Assembly (NCBI GenBank): GCA_044344255.1
Contig: JBIJDH010000014.1
Span: forward strand, 32,001 to 96,000
Length of the DNA stretch: 64,000 nucleotides
Direction: 5' to 3'
Source: Myxococcota bacterium
GTDB lineage: Bacteria; Myxococcota_A; UBA796; UBA2385
Below, piece after piece: positions 46,192 through 55,909 of this stretch. Every line of letters begins with the position of its first letter. The first letter of the stretch is position 1. The notes beneath the pieces are model-generated. The model saw only the letters and a program-made list of their open reading frames with translations, was not told the DNA's origin and did not search any database. The position numbers were made by a program, and so were the translations under genes.

Positions 46192-47975
46192 GGCGCCTCG
46201 TCGGGCTCACCCTCCTGCTCGGCGCCTGTCCCAAGGGCGGCGCCCTCCCTGACCCCGAGGCCCGCCCTCGCCCCCCCGAGGGGGATGACCTCATCTACTT
46301 CGTGCTGGTCGACCGCTTCGCCAATGGTGATCACCGGAATGACCGAGGCACAGACCCCGCTGACCCCCAAGCCTGGCATGGGGGTGACCTGCGCGGCGTC
46401 ACCGACCACCTCGACCACCTGAGCGCCCTCGGCGTGCGCACGGTCTGGCTCTCCCCCATCTCCGCCTCTCGACAGGCGCCTGTCGGCCCGTGGGGGGCCT
46501 ATCATGGCTATTGGGTGCAAGACCTCCGCGCGGTCGAGCCCCGCTTCGGCGACGAGGCCGACCTGCGGCGCCTCCGCGAGGGCCTGCACGCCCGCGGCAT
46601 GCGCCTCGTGCTCGACATGGTCTACAATCACACCGACTACGACGCCCCCCTCCGCGCCGCCCACCCCGACTGGTACCACCCGGCGATCGACATCGAGCGC
46701 TGGGACGACCCCGTCGAGCGCGTGGTCCGACAGGTGCACGGCCTCCCCGACCTCGCGCAGGAGCAGGAGGCCGTCTATTCCTATCTGCGAGACGCCTCCT
46801 TCCACTGGATCGACGCCGGGCTCGCCGATGGTTTTCGGATCGACGCCGTCCGGCACATGCCCGCGTCCTTCTTGTCCCGGCTGAACCGGGACCTCGACGA
46901 GCACGCCGGCGGCTTCACCTCCCTCGGGGAGGACTTCACCGGCGACGCCCTCACCCTCTCGGAGAGCCAGGCGGCGGGCGGCTTCGACCAGATCTTCGAC
47001 TTCCCGCTCCGATACGCGATGGTCGATGTCTTCTGTAAGGACCAGACCCCCGGGCGCCTCGCCGCCGCCATCGCCGCCGACCGCCTCTACCCGGACCCCA
47101 GCAGCCTCGTCACCTTCCTCGACAACCACGACATGCCCCGCATCACCACCGAGTGCGGCGAGGACCCGGCGCGGGTGAAGCAGGCCCTCTTCTTTCAGAT
47201 GACCACCCGGGGGACGCCCGCCCTCACCTATGGCACCGAGGCCCTGCTCCCCGGCGGGGCCGAGCCCGACAACCGGCGCGACATGCCCTGGTCGGCCGAG
47301 CCGCCGCCGCTCTATCGCCTCATCCGCAGCCTCCAGTCCCTCCGCTCCACCTGGCCCTCCCTCCGAGAGGGCCGAAGCTGGGTCTTCCACCTCGACGCGC
47401 AAGGGATGGCCTACGCCCGACTGACCGAGGGCGAGGCGGCGGTGATCTTCGTCAATCGGTCGGACCGGCCTTGGCGCCTCGAGCTCCCCACCGCGCTCTC
47501 GGCCGGCGCACGCCAGGTCGGGAGCTTCGCCCTCGCCTCTGGCGATCCGATCCTCGACACCACGGTGGGCCCCGCCCCGACCAGCCTCACGCTGCTGCCC
47601 GGCACCCAGGTGGGCACCATCCTCCGCCCGGCCCCCGGTGACCCCGCGCCCTGGGCCGCCCTGCTCCACGAGGTCCACGAGCCCGTGGCGCTCACCATCG
47701 AGGCCACCGGCATCCACCTGAGCGGCGGAAATGAGCTGCTGCTCGTCGGCTCCGGCCCTGAGCTCGGCAATTGGGATCCGAACCACGGCCTGCCCCTCCG
47801 CCCCGGCCGCGACGGCAACTGGACCGCCCCCCTCCGCCTGCCGCCCGGCGCGGTCGCCGAGTTCAAGCTGGTGGCCCGCCTCTCTTCGGGAGAGACCCGC
47901 TGGCAGGAGGGCCCCAACACCACGCTGCTCGTCTCCGACCCCGAGGTGGTGCTCGTCCCTTGGGTGGGCCCTTGA
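46188..47975 (+). CDS. GH13 alpha-amylase family lipoprotein with CBM20
   Basis: LLLGAC lipobox; DRFANGD, GGDL.G, YHGYW, DMVYNH, GFRIDAVRH, GE and FLDNHD; CBM20 pattern VGS.PELGNW, EFK, WQ.GPN. Confidence 0.93.
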   Translation: MRRLVGLTLLLGACPKGGALPDPEARPRPPEGDDLIYFVLVDRFANGDHRNDRGTDPADPQAWHGGDLRGVTDHLDHLSALGVRTVWLSPISASRQAPVGPWGAYHGYWVQDLRAVEPRFGDEADLRRLREGLHARGMRLVLDMVYNHTDYDAPLRAAHPDWYHPAIDIERWDDPVERVVRQVHGLPDLAQEQEAVYSYLRDASFHWIDAGLADGFRIDAVRHMPASFLSRLNRDLDEHAGGFTSLGEDFTGDALTLSESQAAGGFDQIFDFPLRYAMVDVFCKDQTPGRLAAAIAADRLYPDPSSLVTFLDNHDMPRITTECGEDPARVKQALFFQMTTRGTPALTYGTEALLPGGAEPDNRRDMPWSAEPPPLYRLIRSLQSLRSTWPSLREGRSWVFHLDAQGMAYARLTEGEAAVIFVNRSDRPWRLELPTALSAGARQVGSFALASGDPILDTTVGPAPTSLTLLPGTQVGTILRPAPGDPAPWAALLHEVHEPVALTIEATGIHLSGGNELLLVGSGPELGNWDPNHGLPLRPGRDGNWTAPLRLPPGAVAEFKLVARLSSGETRWQEGPNTTLLVSDPEVVLVPWVGP

Positions 47976-48946
47976 GCCGAAGCGGCGGGCTGCCTCTTGT
48001 GTGCCGGGCCCAACCGCGGTGGCCAGGCCTCGCGCGCTGTCTGTCGCTCCTGCTCCTGGTCGGCTGCAGCCTGTCCAAGGTCGGGCTCCAGAGCGTCGTG
48101 CGGCAGGCCGAGCGGCGCGGCTGGGAGGAGCGTGTCCTCGACCAGGGCGCGGGCACCGGCGACGGCCTGCACCTCCGCTACTTCGTGGGCGGCGAGGGCA
48201 AGCCCATGCTCGTGCTCCACGGCTTCGGCGGAGACGGTATCAGCACCTGGCGGCCCCAGCTCCAGGCCCTCTCGGGCGAGCGCCGCGTCCTCCTCCCTGA
48301 CCTCCTCTGGTTCGGCGGCAGCCGCTCCGAGCGCCCGCCCTGTATCGAGGAGCAGGCCCGCGCCCTCCTCGCCTTGCTCGACCACGAGGGCGTCACCGAG
48401 CTCGACGCCATGGGCGTCTCCTACGGCGGCTTCGTGCTCTTCGCCCTCGAGGCGGCGCGGCCGGGGCTCCTCGACCGGGTCATCCTCGTCGACTCCCCGG
48501 GCCCCGCCTTCACGGAAGGAGACCTCGCCGCGCTGCCCGCTCGTTTCGGTCGGACCAGCGTGGAGGAGATCTTCCTGGTCGACAGCCCCGAGGGCGTCGC
48601 CGGCCTCCTCTCGCTCACCTTCGCCGATCCGCCCTATGTGCCCCGCTTCCTCCTCCGCGACATGCAAGAGAACATCTTCTCGGTCTATCGAGAGGAGCAG
48701 CGCGCCCTGCTGCGTGACCTCCCCACCCACCGCGAGGCGATGGGGTCGCTCGATCCCCGCCCCTGGGAGAGCCCCCTCCTCATCTGGGGAGAGGCCGATC
48801 AGGTCTTCCCTGTCGACAGCGGCGCGCGCCTCGCGGAGCGGCTCGCGGGCCGCCTCGTCGTCATCCCCGACACCGCCCACGGCCCGCCCGCCGAGGCCCC
48901 GCGAGACTTCAATCGCATCCTGATCGAGGAGCTCCGCCGCCCCTGA
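47972..48946 (+). CDS. Alpha/beta fold hydrolase, probably a lipoprotein
   Basis: LLVGC; LHGFG, PDL..FGGS, GVSYGG, WGEAD and AH motifs. Start uncertain. Confidence 0.88.
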   Translation: MSRSGGLPLVCRAQPRWPGLARCLSLLLLVGCSLSKVGLQSVVRQAERRGWEERVLDQGAGTGDGLHLRYFVGGEGKPMLVLHGFGGDGISTWRPQLQALSGERRVLLPDLLWFGGSRSERPPCIEEQARALLALLDHEGVTELDAMGVSYGGFVLFALEAARPGLLDRVILVDSPGPAFTEGDLAALPARFGRTSVEEIFLVDSPEGVAGLLSLTFADPPYVPRFLLRDMQENIFSVYREEQRALLRDLPTHREAMGSLDPRPWESPLLIWGEADQVFPVDSGARLAERLAGRLVVIPDTAHGPPAEAPRDFNRILIEELRRP

Positions 48947-48950
48947 ACGG

Positions 48951-50483
48951 CTACTTCGTCAGGGTGCCGCGATAGAGCTCGGTGGCCGTCTCGTCGTAGA
49001 AGACGCCGGTGAGCGTGGTGCCGTCGATCTCCACCCAGAGGAAGCCGAGCGAGGCCTCCTCGAAGTAGACCGGGTTCGTGCCGAACAGGGGATAGGTGGA
49101 CTGACCGGCCCCCGACACGAAGAAGGACGTGCCGCAGCGCTCCTCCAGCCACTGGAGGTTATGGTCGTGCCCACAGAAATAGACGTCGAACTGGCCACAG
49201 ACGTGGTCGTTGAAGAAGGTCTCCACCTCCACGCCAGCGTCGCCGTGGGGCCCGTTCGAGATGTAGGGGTGGTGCCCATAGATGAGGTTCCAGGTGGTGG
49301 TGGAGGCGGCGCGCTCCACGGGCAGCCAGGCCTCCTGGGCCGCCCCCTCCCCCTGGTCGATGAGGTGCGTGTCGATGCCGAAGAAGGTGATGTCGCCCTG
49401 CACCCGCGTGTAATAGTCAGCGGGCATGTACCACTTTGACGAGACCGCCGTGTAGTCCACCTGCGGGGTGAGAAATGCGGGGTCTGTGCTGTGCCCCCAG
49501 TCGTGGTTGCCCATCACCGCCCAGAACTGGACGTCGATGTCGCTGTAGGGCGACTCGAAGGCGGTGGTCCACTGGCTGTCGGTCGTGCTGGTCACGCCGT
49601 CCGGATAGAAATTGTCTCCCACGAGCAGGATAAAGTCGCAGCCCTCTCGGGCGCAGACCTCGACCATGCCGTCGGCCACGCTGTACTGGCCGGGGGTGCC
49701 GGTGCCGGTGTCGCCCACCACGAGGAAGCGCACGGCGGTGCTGCTCGAGGCGCCCGTGTCTTCGGGGATGGCGGCGCAGTCGCCCTCGGCGAGGTTGTCG
49801 ACCACGCCGTCGCAGTCCTCGTCGTCGTCATTGCAGGTCTCGACGCCGCCCGGGTGGTCGCGGAAGTCGGCGTCGTCACAGTCGCCGCTGGTGGTGAGCG
49901 CGCCCGCGGGGGCGACGCAGGCCCACGTACGGGCGCTGCCGTCGCCGTAGCCGTCGGCGTCGGCGTCAGGGTACCAGAGGCTCGTGCCGGTGACGCCCGG
50001 GTCATCGTCGTCGATGAGGGTGTTGCAGTCGTCGTCGATGAAGTTGCAGACCTCGGTGAAGGCGGGGCTGCGGGCGGGGTCGGTGTCGTCACAGTCGGCG
50101 CCGCGGGTCACCCTCCCCTCGGCGACGCCGCAGGCCTCGACGACCGTGCTGCTGTCTCCCGCGCCGTCGCCGTCGAGGTCCGCATACGAGCGCTGGGCGT
50201 CGCGCGCGTCCTCATCGACGAAGCCGTCGCAGTCGTCATCGAGCTCGTTACACCACTCGGGGGCGTCGGGGTAGCGGAGGGCGTCGGCGTCGTCACAGTC
50301 GGCGGTGGAGAGGACCCCGTCTCCATCGGCGTCGACGGCCTCCTCGCCGTCACCGGTCCCGCCGCCGTCGTCGGCCGGGGCCGGGTCTCCCGCCGCGCCG
50401 CTATACTGCTGATCGCGCAGCGCGCCGTCCCCCGCGGGGCCACAGGCGAGCGTCAGGAGGAAGAGACAGGGTGCGGGCCGCAT
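48951..50483 (-). CDS. Purple/tartrate-resistant acid phosphatase-type metallophosphoesterase with MopE-like Cys/Asp repeats
   Basis: LAC lipobox; three D.DGDG...DCDD...E.CN..DD.C repeats; GDTG, GDNFY, GNHDW, HHP and GHDH motifs. Confidence 0.92.
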   Translation of the reverse strand: MRPAPCLFLLTLACGPAGDGALRDQQYSGAAGDPAPADDGGGTGDGEEAVDADGDGVLSTADCDDADALRYPDAPEWCNELDDDCDGFVDEDARDAQRSYADLDGDGAGDSSTVVEACGVAEGRVTRGADCDDTDPARSPAFTEVCNFIDDDCNTLIDDDDPGVTGTSLWYPDADADGYGDGSARTWACVAPAGALTTSGDCDDADFRDHPGGVETCNDDDEDCDGVVDNLAEGDCAAIPEDTGASSSTAVRFLVVGDTGTGTPGQYSVADGMVEVCAREGCDFILLVGDNFYPDGVTSTTDSQWTTAFESPYSDIDVQFWAVMGNHDWGHSTDPAFLTPQVDYTAVSSKWYMPADYYTRVQGDITFFGIDTHLIDQGEGAAQEAWLPVERAASTTTWNLIYGHHPYISNGPHGDAGVEVETFFNDHVCGQFDVYFCGHDHNLQWLEERCGTSFFVSGAGQSTYPLFGTNPVYFEEASLGFLWVEIDGTTLTGVFYDETATELYRGTLTK

Positions 50484-50538
50484 CGCCCCATTGTACGCGC
50501 CGCGCCGCCGGCCGACCAGCCGCTCCTTCACCCTCGCG

Positions 50539-51273
50539 TCACCGGGCTGTCACCGTGCGGGCGCGGGCCTGGAGCGCCTCCGAGGAGACCACCTGACCGG
50601 CGGCCCCGGGATCGAGGCCGAGGGCGAGCAGGGCGCCCGCCAGCTCCGCGCCGCTGATCGAACGAAACCGATCGGCGAAACGCTGCCCGCCCAGCTTCCC
50701 GAGGAGCGAGAGGCCCGCATCGGCCACCGCGGCGCCATATCGCTCCCCCGGGCGGTCCTCCGAGCGGTCCTCCCCGGTGATGAAGGAGGGGCGGGCGATG
50801 GTCCAGGGGAGCGTGGAGGCCAAGAGCGCCGCCTCGACCTCGGTGCGGGCGCGGAGGTAGGCGTTCCCCCCCGGCTTGTCGGCGCCGAGCGAGGAGAGGT
50901 ACACGAAGCGCGGCGGGCGGGGGAGCGCCGCCGCGGCCCGCATCAGGAGCAGGGTGAGGTCGCGATCGACGCTCGCGTAGCTCTCCTGGCCCCCCGCCGC
51001 CTCGGTGGCCTTCACCCGGGCGCGGGTGGTGCCGAGCAGGCCGAAGATCACGTCAGGCGGCTGCTCTGCGAGGGCCTTGTGCCAGGCCTCGTCGGTCCAG
51101 GGGAGCTCGACCACGGTGGCCCCCGCCTCCCGGAAGCGGGCGCCGAGCGCGGCCGAGGAGCCGGAGCCCGGGCGGATGTGGGCGAAGACACGGTGGCCCG
51201 CGCGGGCCGCCTGCGTGACGAGGTTGCGGCCGACGTAGCCGGTGGCGCCCGCGATCCAGAGGGTCTTGGTCAT
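50539..51273 (-). CDS. NAD(P)H-binding Rossmann protein (atypical SDR)
   Basis: AGATGYVG, LGTT, LSSLGA, Y...R and RPS.I.G motifs. Confidence 0.88.
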   Translation of the reverse strand: MTKTLWIAGATGYVGRNLVTQAARAGHRVFAHIRPGSGSSAALGARFREAGATVVELPWTDEAWHKALAEQPPDVIFGLLGTTRARVKATEAAGGQESYASVDRDLTLLLMRAAAALPRPPRFVYLSSLGADKPGGNAYLRARTEVEAALLASTLPWTIARPSFITGEDRSEDRPGERYGAAVADAGLSLLGKLGGQRFADRFRSISGAELAGALLALGLDPGAAGQVVSSEALQARARTVTAR

Positions 51274-51388
51274 CGCACCGGCCTATCTCGCCCCGGCGGG
51301 TAAGCCCGTGACCGCGAGGATAGGAGCGGGCCGGCGCCCCCTCCCCGCCTGCGCCGAACGCTGAACGTCCCCCTCCTCAGAGGTCGCC

Positions 51389-52198
51389 ATGGTCGAGCTC
51401 TGCCTCTCCGTGCCCCCCCGCCTCGCCGCCGAGGCCGAGGCCCTCTTCTGGGCCGAGGGCGTCTGGGGCTTGATGGTCGAAGATGAGGACACCGGCCTCC
51501 ACGGGGAGGTGCGGCTGCGCTGCTGGGTCGAGGAGGCGGGCGACCTCGCCGCGCGCGTCCAGGCCACCCTCGGCCCCGCGGCGCGCCTCACCGCCACAAC
51601 GGTCGATCCCGCCGCCTGGACCCTCCCCGAGGCCACCCCCCTCGGCCGCGGCTTCTGCGTCGTCAGCGGCGGGGCCGAGCCCCTCCCCGACCGCCAGCCC
51701 CTCCACCTCGAGCCCGGCGCCGCCTGGGGCGGCGGGGAGCACCCGAGCACCACCCTCGTGGTCGACCACCTCGAGGCCGGCGGCTGGCCCCGCGGCCCCA
51801 CCCTCGACGTCGGGACCGGCACGGGGGTCCTCACCCTCATCGCCGCCGCGCTCGGCGCCGGCCCCCTCTCCGCCGCCGAGCTCGACCCCGCCGCCCGCGC
51901 CGCCGCCGCCCGCGCCTTTGCGCGCCACGGCCTCGAGGTCGCGCTCCGCGCCGCCCTGCCCGCCGGCCCCTTCGACCTCGTGCTCGCCAACCTCCCCTTC
52001 GCCGCCCAGCGGGAGCTCGCCCCCGCCCTCGCCGCCTGCCTCGCCCCCGCAGTTGGCCGCCTCGTGCTCTCCGGCTTCCCCGAGGAGGCCGAGCCCGCGC
52101 TCCGCCCCATCTGGGAGGCGGCAGGCCTCGCGGTCGTGGAGGCGCGGGCCGAGGCGGGGTGGGCGCTGCGGGTGCTCGTGCGGGCCGACGGCGGGTGA
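51389..52198 (+). CDS. prmA: Ribosomal protein L11 methyltransferase-like
   Basis: LEPGAAWGGGEHPST, LDVGTGTGVL, FDLVLANL and LVLSG motifs; divergent. Confidence 0.75.
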   Translation: MVELCLSVPPRLAAEAEALFWAEGVWGLMVEDEDTGLHGEVRLRCWVEEAGDLAARVQATLGPAARLTATTVDPAAWTLPEATPLGRGFCVVSGGAEPLPDRQPLHLEPGAAWGGGEHPSTTLVVDHLEAGGWPRGPTLDVGTGTGVLTLIAAALGAGPLSAAELDPAARAAAARAFARHGLEVALRAALPAGPFDLVLANLPFAAQRELAPALAACLAPAVGRLVLSGFPEEAEPALRPIWEAAGLAVVEARAEAGWALRVLVRADGG

Positions 52199-52226
52199 GG
52201 CGGAGGGCGAGGCGGAGGGCGAGGGC

Positions 52227-53474
52227 TCAGCCCCGCGCGACCCGCGGCCGCAGCCCGAAGCTCAGCCCCAGGGCCCCGAGGAGGACGACGGCGCCCACCT
52301 CGTAGGGGAGGCCGTACCGCAGCTCGTAGAGCGCCCCCGCCGCCGCCGGGCCGATAAACTCCCCCGCCGCCTGCGCCGACTGGGCGAGGCCGAGCGCCCT
52401 CCCCTGCCCCTCGGCGCCGGCGCGCTTGGAGATCCAGGTGGCGAGGCTCACCCCGGCGACGCTGACCGGGACGGCGGTGAGCGCGATCACGAGGGCGCCC
52501 GGTAGCAGGCCGGCGACGTAGACGGGCGGCGTGCAGGCGAAGGCGATCGCCCAGAGGAGGAGGCCGAGGCGCAGCCCCCAGAGCTCGGTCAGGCGATTGA
52601 CGAGGCGCGCGCTCAGGGCCCCGTCGAAGATGGCGGTGGTGAGGCCCCAGCAGAGGATCACCCCCACCGTGAGCAGCATCGCCGCCTGGGCGGGGAGGAG
52701 GCCCCCGGGCAGCTCCAAGGTGGGCACGAGCACGTGCTCGATCGCCAGCGGCACGATGCTCTCGGCCTGGGCCATCGCGCCGGCGGCGGCGACCGCGATC
52801 AGCAAGGCGGGCAGGGGCACGGCGAGGCCCCTCGGTCGCGCGCCGAACGTCGAGGCGGCGGCGGGGGCGGCCGCGGCGGGGCGGGTCTCCGGGCAGCGCC
52901 GCCAGACCACGACGAGGCTGAGGACACAGGCCAGCGCCGCGCCGTAGCCCGGCCACTGGAGGCCCCCGAGGCCGAGGAGGCCGCCCACCACGGGCCCGGA
53001 CAGGAGGCCGAGGCCGCCCGCCGCCCGGAGCAGGCCGAGGCCGCGGGCCCGATCCCCCTCGCCCGTCGTATCGGCGACCACCGCCGCCGCGGCGACCGCG
53101 TCTCCAGCGCCGAGCCCGGTGAGCGCCCGCGCCAGCCCGAGGCCGAGGGGCCCGACCAGCAGCGCGAAGGCGAGGTGCCCGACCGCTTGGATCGCCACCC
53201 CGGCGAGCAGCACGGGCCGCCGCCCGAACCGGTCGGCGAGCCGCCCCCAGGCGGGGCCGCCGAGCAGGCGCATCAGGGGGTGCAGCGCCACGAGCAGCGT
53301 GATCTGCGCGGGGCTGAGGCCGGTGGACTCGCCGTAGAGGGCCACGACGGGGAAGACGAGGCCGAAGCCGAGCCCGTTGAGGAATTGCACGCCGAGCACC
53401 GCCACGAGGCCGGGCGGGTAGGCGGCGGGCGGCACGGGCGCGGGCGAAGCAGGCGGCGGGGGTGGGGCGGTCAC
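52227..53474 (-). CDS. MFS transporter (TetA/DHA1-like)
   Basis: Motif A GRLADRFGRRPVL; GPVVGG; about 12 TMs. Start at GTG 53474 or 53510. Confidence 0.9.
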   Translation of the reverse strand: MTAPPPPPASPAPVPPAAYPPGLVAVLGVQFLNGLGFGLVFPVVALYGESTGLSPAQITLLVALHPLMRLLGGPAWGRLADRFGRRPVLLAGVAIQAVGHLAFALLVGPLGLGLARALTGLGAGDAVAAAAVVADTTGEGDRARGLGLLRAAGGLGLLSGPVVGGLLGLGGLQWPGYGAALACVLSLVVVWRRCPETRPAAAAPAAASTFGARPRGLAVPLPALLIAVAAAGAMAQAESIVPLAIEHVLVPTLELPGGLLPAQAAMLLTVGVILCWGLTTAIFDGALSARLVNRLTELWGLRLGLLLWAIAFACTPPVYVAGLLPGALVIALTAVPVSVAGVSLATWISKRAGAEGQGRALGLAQSAQAAGEFIGPAAAGALYELRYGLPYEVGAVVLLGALGLSFGLRPRVARG

Positions 53475-53553
53475 CGGCGCATCATGCGCCAGTCGGCCCG
53501 CCGCTTCCACCGCGGCCCCTCGGGGTTAGGGGGCGATCCCCAGGAGTCACCCC

Positions 53554-54012
53554 ATGATCCGCTCCACGCTCCGTCGCCTGCTCGGCCGCGACAAGGCCCC
53601 GGCGAAGCCCCCCGCCGCCGCCGGAGCCCCCCGCCCCGCCGCCCCGCCGCCCCGCCCCCAGGAGGCCGCCGCCGAGGCCGAGTCCCTCGCCCGCATCGAG
53701 GCGGGGGCCCAGGAGGTCAAGGAGCGCATCGACTGCGGCGAGCCCGTCGTCCTCCTCGACGTGCGCAACCCCGACGAGACCGCGCTGGGCGTCATCGCAG
53801 GGGCCATCGTGATCCCCCTCCCCGAGCTCGAGCGCCGCTGGGTCGAGGTCAAGGACAAGAACGAGATCGTCTGCTACTGCCGCTCCGGCAAGCGCTCCCT
53901 CCAGGCCGCCACCTTCCTCCGGGAGAAGGGGGTCTTCAACGCCACCTCCCTCGAGGGCGGCGTCCTGGCCTGGGAGTCCTTCGGCGGCAAGCTGGTGCCG
54001 CAGAAGGCCTGA
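53554..54012 (+). CDS. Rhodanese-like domain protein
   Basis: LLDVR.P.E, YCRSGKRS and LEGG..AW motifs. Confidence 0.92.
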   Translation: MIRSTLRRLLGRDKAPAKPPAAAGAPRPAAPPPRPQEAAAEAESLARIEAGAQEVKERIDCGEPVVLLDVRNPDETALGVIAGAIVIPLPELERRWVEVKDKNEIVCYCRSGKRSLQAATFLREKGVFNATSLEGGVLAWESFGGKLVPQKA

Positions 54013-54015
54013 GGG

Positions 54016-54870
54016 GTGGCCGAGAACCCGCTCGTCCATGTGCCGGCCGCCTGGCCGGCGCTGCTCCGCGCCAACGCGCTCCGGCGGCAGCTCTCGGGCA
54101 AGCTGCGGAGCTTTGACCTCGTTCGCTGGCCCGACGTGCCCTATGGCGACGACGTCTCGCAGCGGCTGCAGCTCTGGGAGCTCAACGACCTCGCCCCGCG
54201 GGACGGCTGGCCGGCGGTGCTCCTCCTCCACGGCGGCGGCTGGCAGGCCGGCAGCGCCCAAGACTTCGAGGGCCTCGCCCCCGCCCTGTCGCGGAAGGGC
54301 CTCTATGTCGCGGCCCTCGACTATCGACTCGCCCCCGCCCACCGCTGGCCCGCGCAGCTCGACGACGTGCTCGCGGCCATCGACTTTATCAAGGGCCTCC
54401 AGATCGACCCCGAGCGCATCGCCCTCTGGGGGCACTCCGCCGGCGGTCACCTCGCGCTGCTCGCCGCTCAGGCCCGCCCCGACGACGTCCGCTGCGTGGT
54501 CGCCCTCGGCGCGCCCACTGACCTCCGCGCCCTCTCCGCCGAGGGCGCGCTGGGCCTCGACCTCGTCTTCGACCCCGGGCAGCTCGACGCCGCCTCCCCG
54601 CTGCGAGCCGAGGCCGCCGGCGCCCCCACCCTGCTCGTGCACGGCGCCCTCGACCGCGTGGTGCCGATCTCGAGCGCGCGCGCCTATCAGGCCCGACACC
54701 CCGAAGAGGTCGAGCTCCTCGAGGTCCCAGACGGGGACCACGGCCTCCGCTGGCCCCCCTGGCGGGCGATGCGGGCGCGGGCCCAGGCGGTCGACTGGAT
54801 GATCGCGCAGCTCTCGCCCGAGCGGCGCAAGAGCAAGTGGAAGATCCGCCGCAAGCACAAGAAGCCCTGA
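54016..54870 (+). CDS. Alpha/beta hydrolase (HSL-type esterase)
   Basis: HGGGW, DYRLAP, GHSAGG, HG..D.VV and DH motifs. Confidence 0.92.
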   Translation: MAENPLVHVPAAWPALLRANALRRQLSGKLRSFDLVRWPDVPYGDDVSQRLQLWELNDLAPRDGWPAVLLLHGGGWQAGSAQDFEGLAPALSRKGLYVAALDYRLAPAHRWPAQLDDVLAAIDFIKGLQIDPERIALWGHSAGGHLALLAAQARPDDVRCVVALGAPTDLRALSAEGALGLDLVFDPGQLDAASPLRAEAAGAPTLLVHGALDRVVPISSARAYQARHPEEVELLEVPDGDHGLRWPPWRAMRARAQAVDWMIAQLSPERRKSKWKIRRKHKKP

Positions 54871-54913
54871 CCGGCGCTCCCGCTCGACGCGGCGCGCGGC
54901 CCTGCCTTGGGCC

Positions 54914-55909
54914 TCAGGCCTCCTGGAGCAGCGCCTGGAGCCACGCCTTGAAGGCCGGCGTGGTGATGATCTCCCGCCCCCGCAGCGCGAGCTGGGCCTC
55001 GACCTCGGCCCGCCACTTCGCCTCGGCGGCGGCGGCGTCTCCGGCGTCGAGCCCCGTCTCGGAGAGGAAGTCGCGGAGGCTGCGCGGCCCCATCGTCTCG
55101 AGGGCCGTGCGCACGAGCTCGGCCACCTCCTGCTGGAGCCCGCTCCGCCCCGCCAGCGCCCGGGCGGTGGCGGCCCCCGTGGCGACGAGGCGATCGGGGT
55201 CGAGCTTGTCCACCTCGGCCGCGAGGACGCGGTTCTCGGTGGCCAGCACCGTGTCGAGGATGTGCACCCGCCAGTCGGCGTAGGCGCTCGCGTTCTCCGG
55301 GCGGCACATGTGGTCGGCCACCTCGGAGAGCGTGGCCTGCAGGGCCTCCTCGACGAACTCCCGCACCCGCGCCTCGGCCCGGTGCTCGATCTCGTGCGAG
55401 AGGTTGCCGAGCACGCCGTCGGAGAGGCCGCGCACCCCCTGGGAGAGCTGGCGCAGGCGCCCGAGGCCCGCCTTCGCCGCTTCGGCGGCCATCGGCGGCG
55501 GGGTGAGGTGGGCCAGCCGCTTGGCGAAGCCGCGGAGCGTGCCGGTGAGCACCTCGCGGAGGAGGCGCTCCATCGCTGCGTGATCGAGGAGCCGCCCGAG
55601 CAGGGCGCGGTTCGGGAGGTAGGGCCGCCCCACCACGTCGCGCAGGGGGAGGCGGAGCTCGGCGGGCACGCGGTCACCGGGGCGGCCGGGCGGCACCTGC
55701 CCGCGGGCGGCCGTCACCCGCTCTCGGATCCAGGCCTCGGTGCGGTCGCTCTTGGCGGCGGTGTCGAGCGCGGAGACGAAGAGGCGGGCCACGCTGTCGG
55801 GGTCGACGAGCCCGGCCACCGGGCGCTCCAGCAGGTGGTCGACCACGAGGCCGATGAGCCCGTCGAGGGCGGGGCCCTCCAGCCGGGCGAGGACGAGGTC
55901 AGGGTTCAT
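54914..55909 (-). CDS. Hypothetical all-helical protein
   Basis: ATGA overlap with the helicase gene; GC3-rich codons; no recognised motif. Confidence 0.75.
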   Translation of the reverse strand: MNPDLVLARLEGPALDGLIGLVVDHLLERPVAGLVDPDSVARLFVSALDTAAKSDRTEAWIRERVTAARGQVPPGRPGDRVPAELRLPLRDVVGRPYLPNRALLGRLLDHAAMERLLREVLTGTLRGFAKRLAHLTPPPMAAEAAKAGLGRLRQLSQGVRGLSDGVLGNLSHEIEHRAEARVREFVEEALQATLSEVADHMCRPENASAYADWRVHILDTVLATENRVLAAEVDKLDPDRLVATGAATARALAGRSGLQQEVAELVRTALETMGPRSLRDFLSETGLDAGDAAAAEAKWRAEVEAQLALRGREIITTPAFKAWLQALLQEA

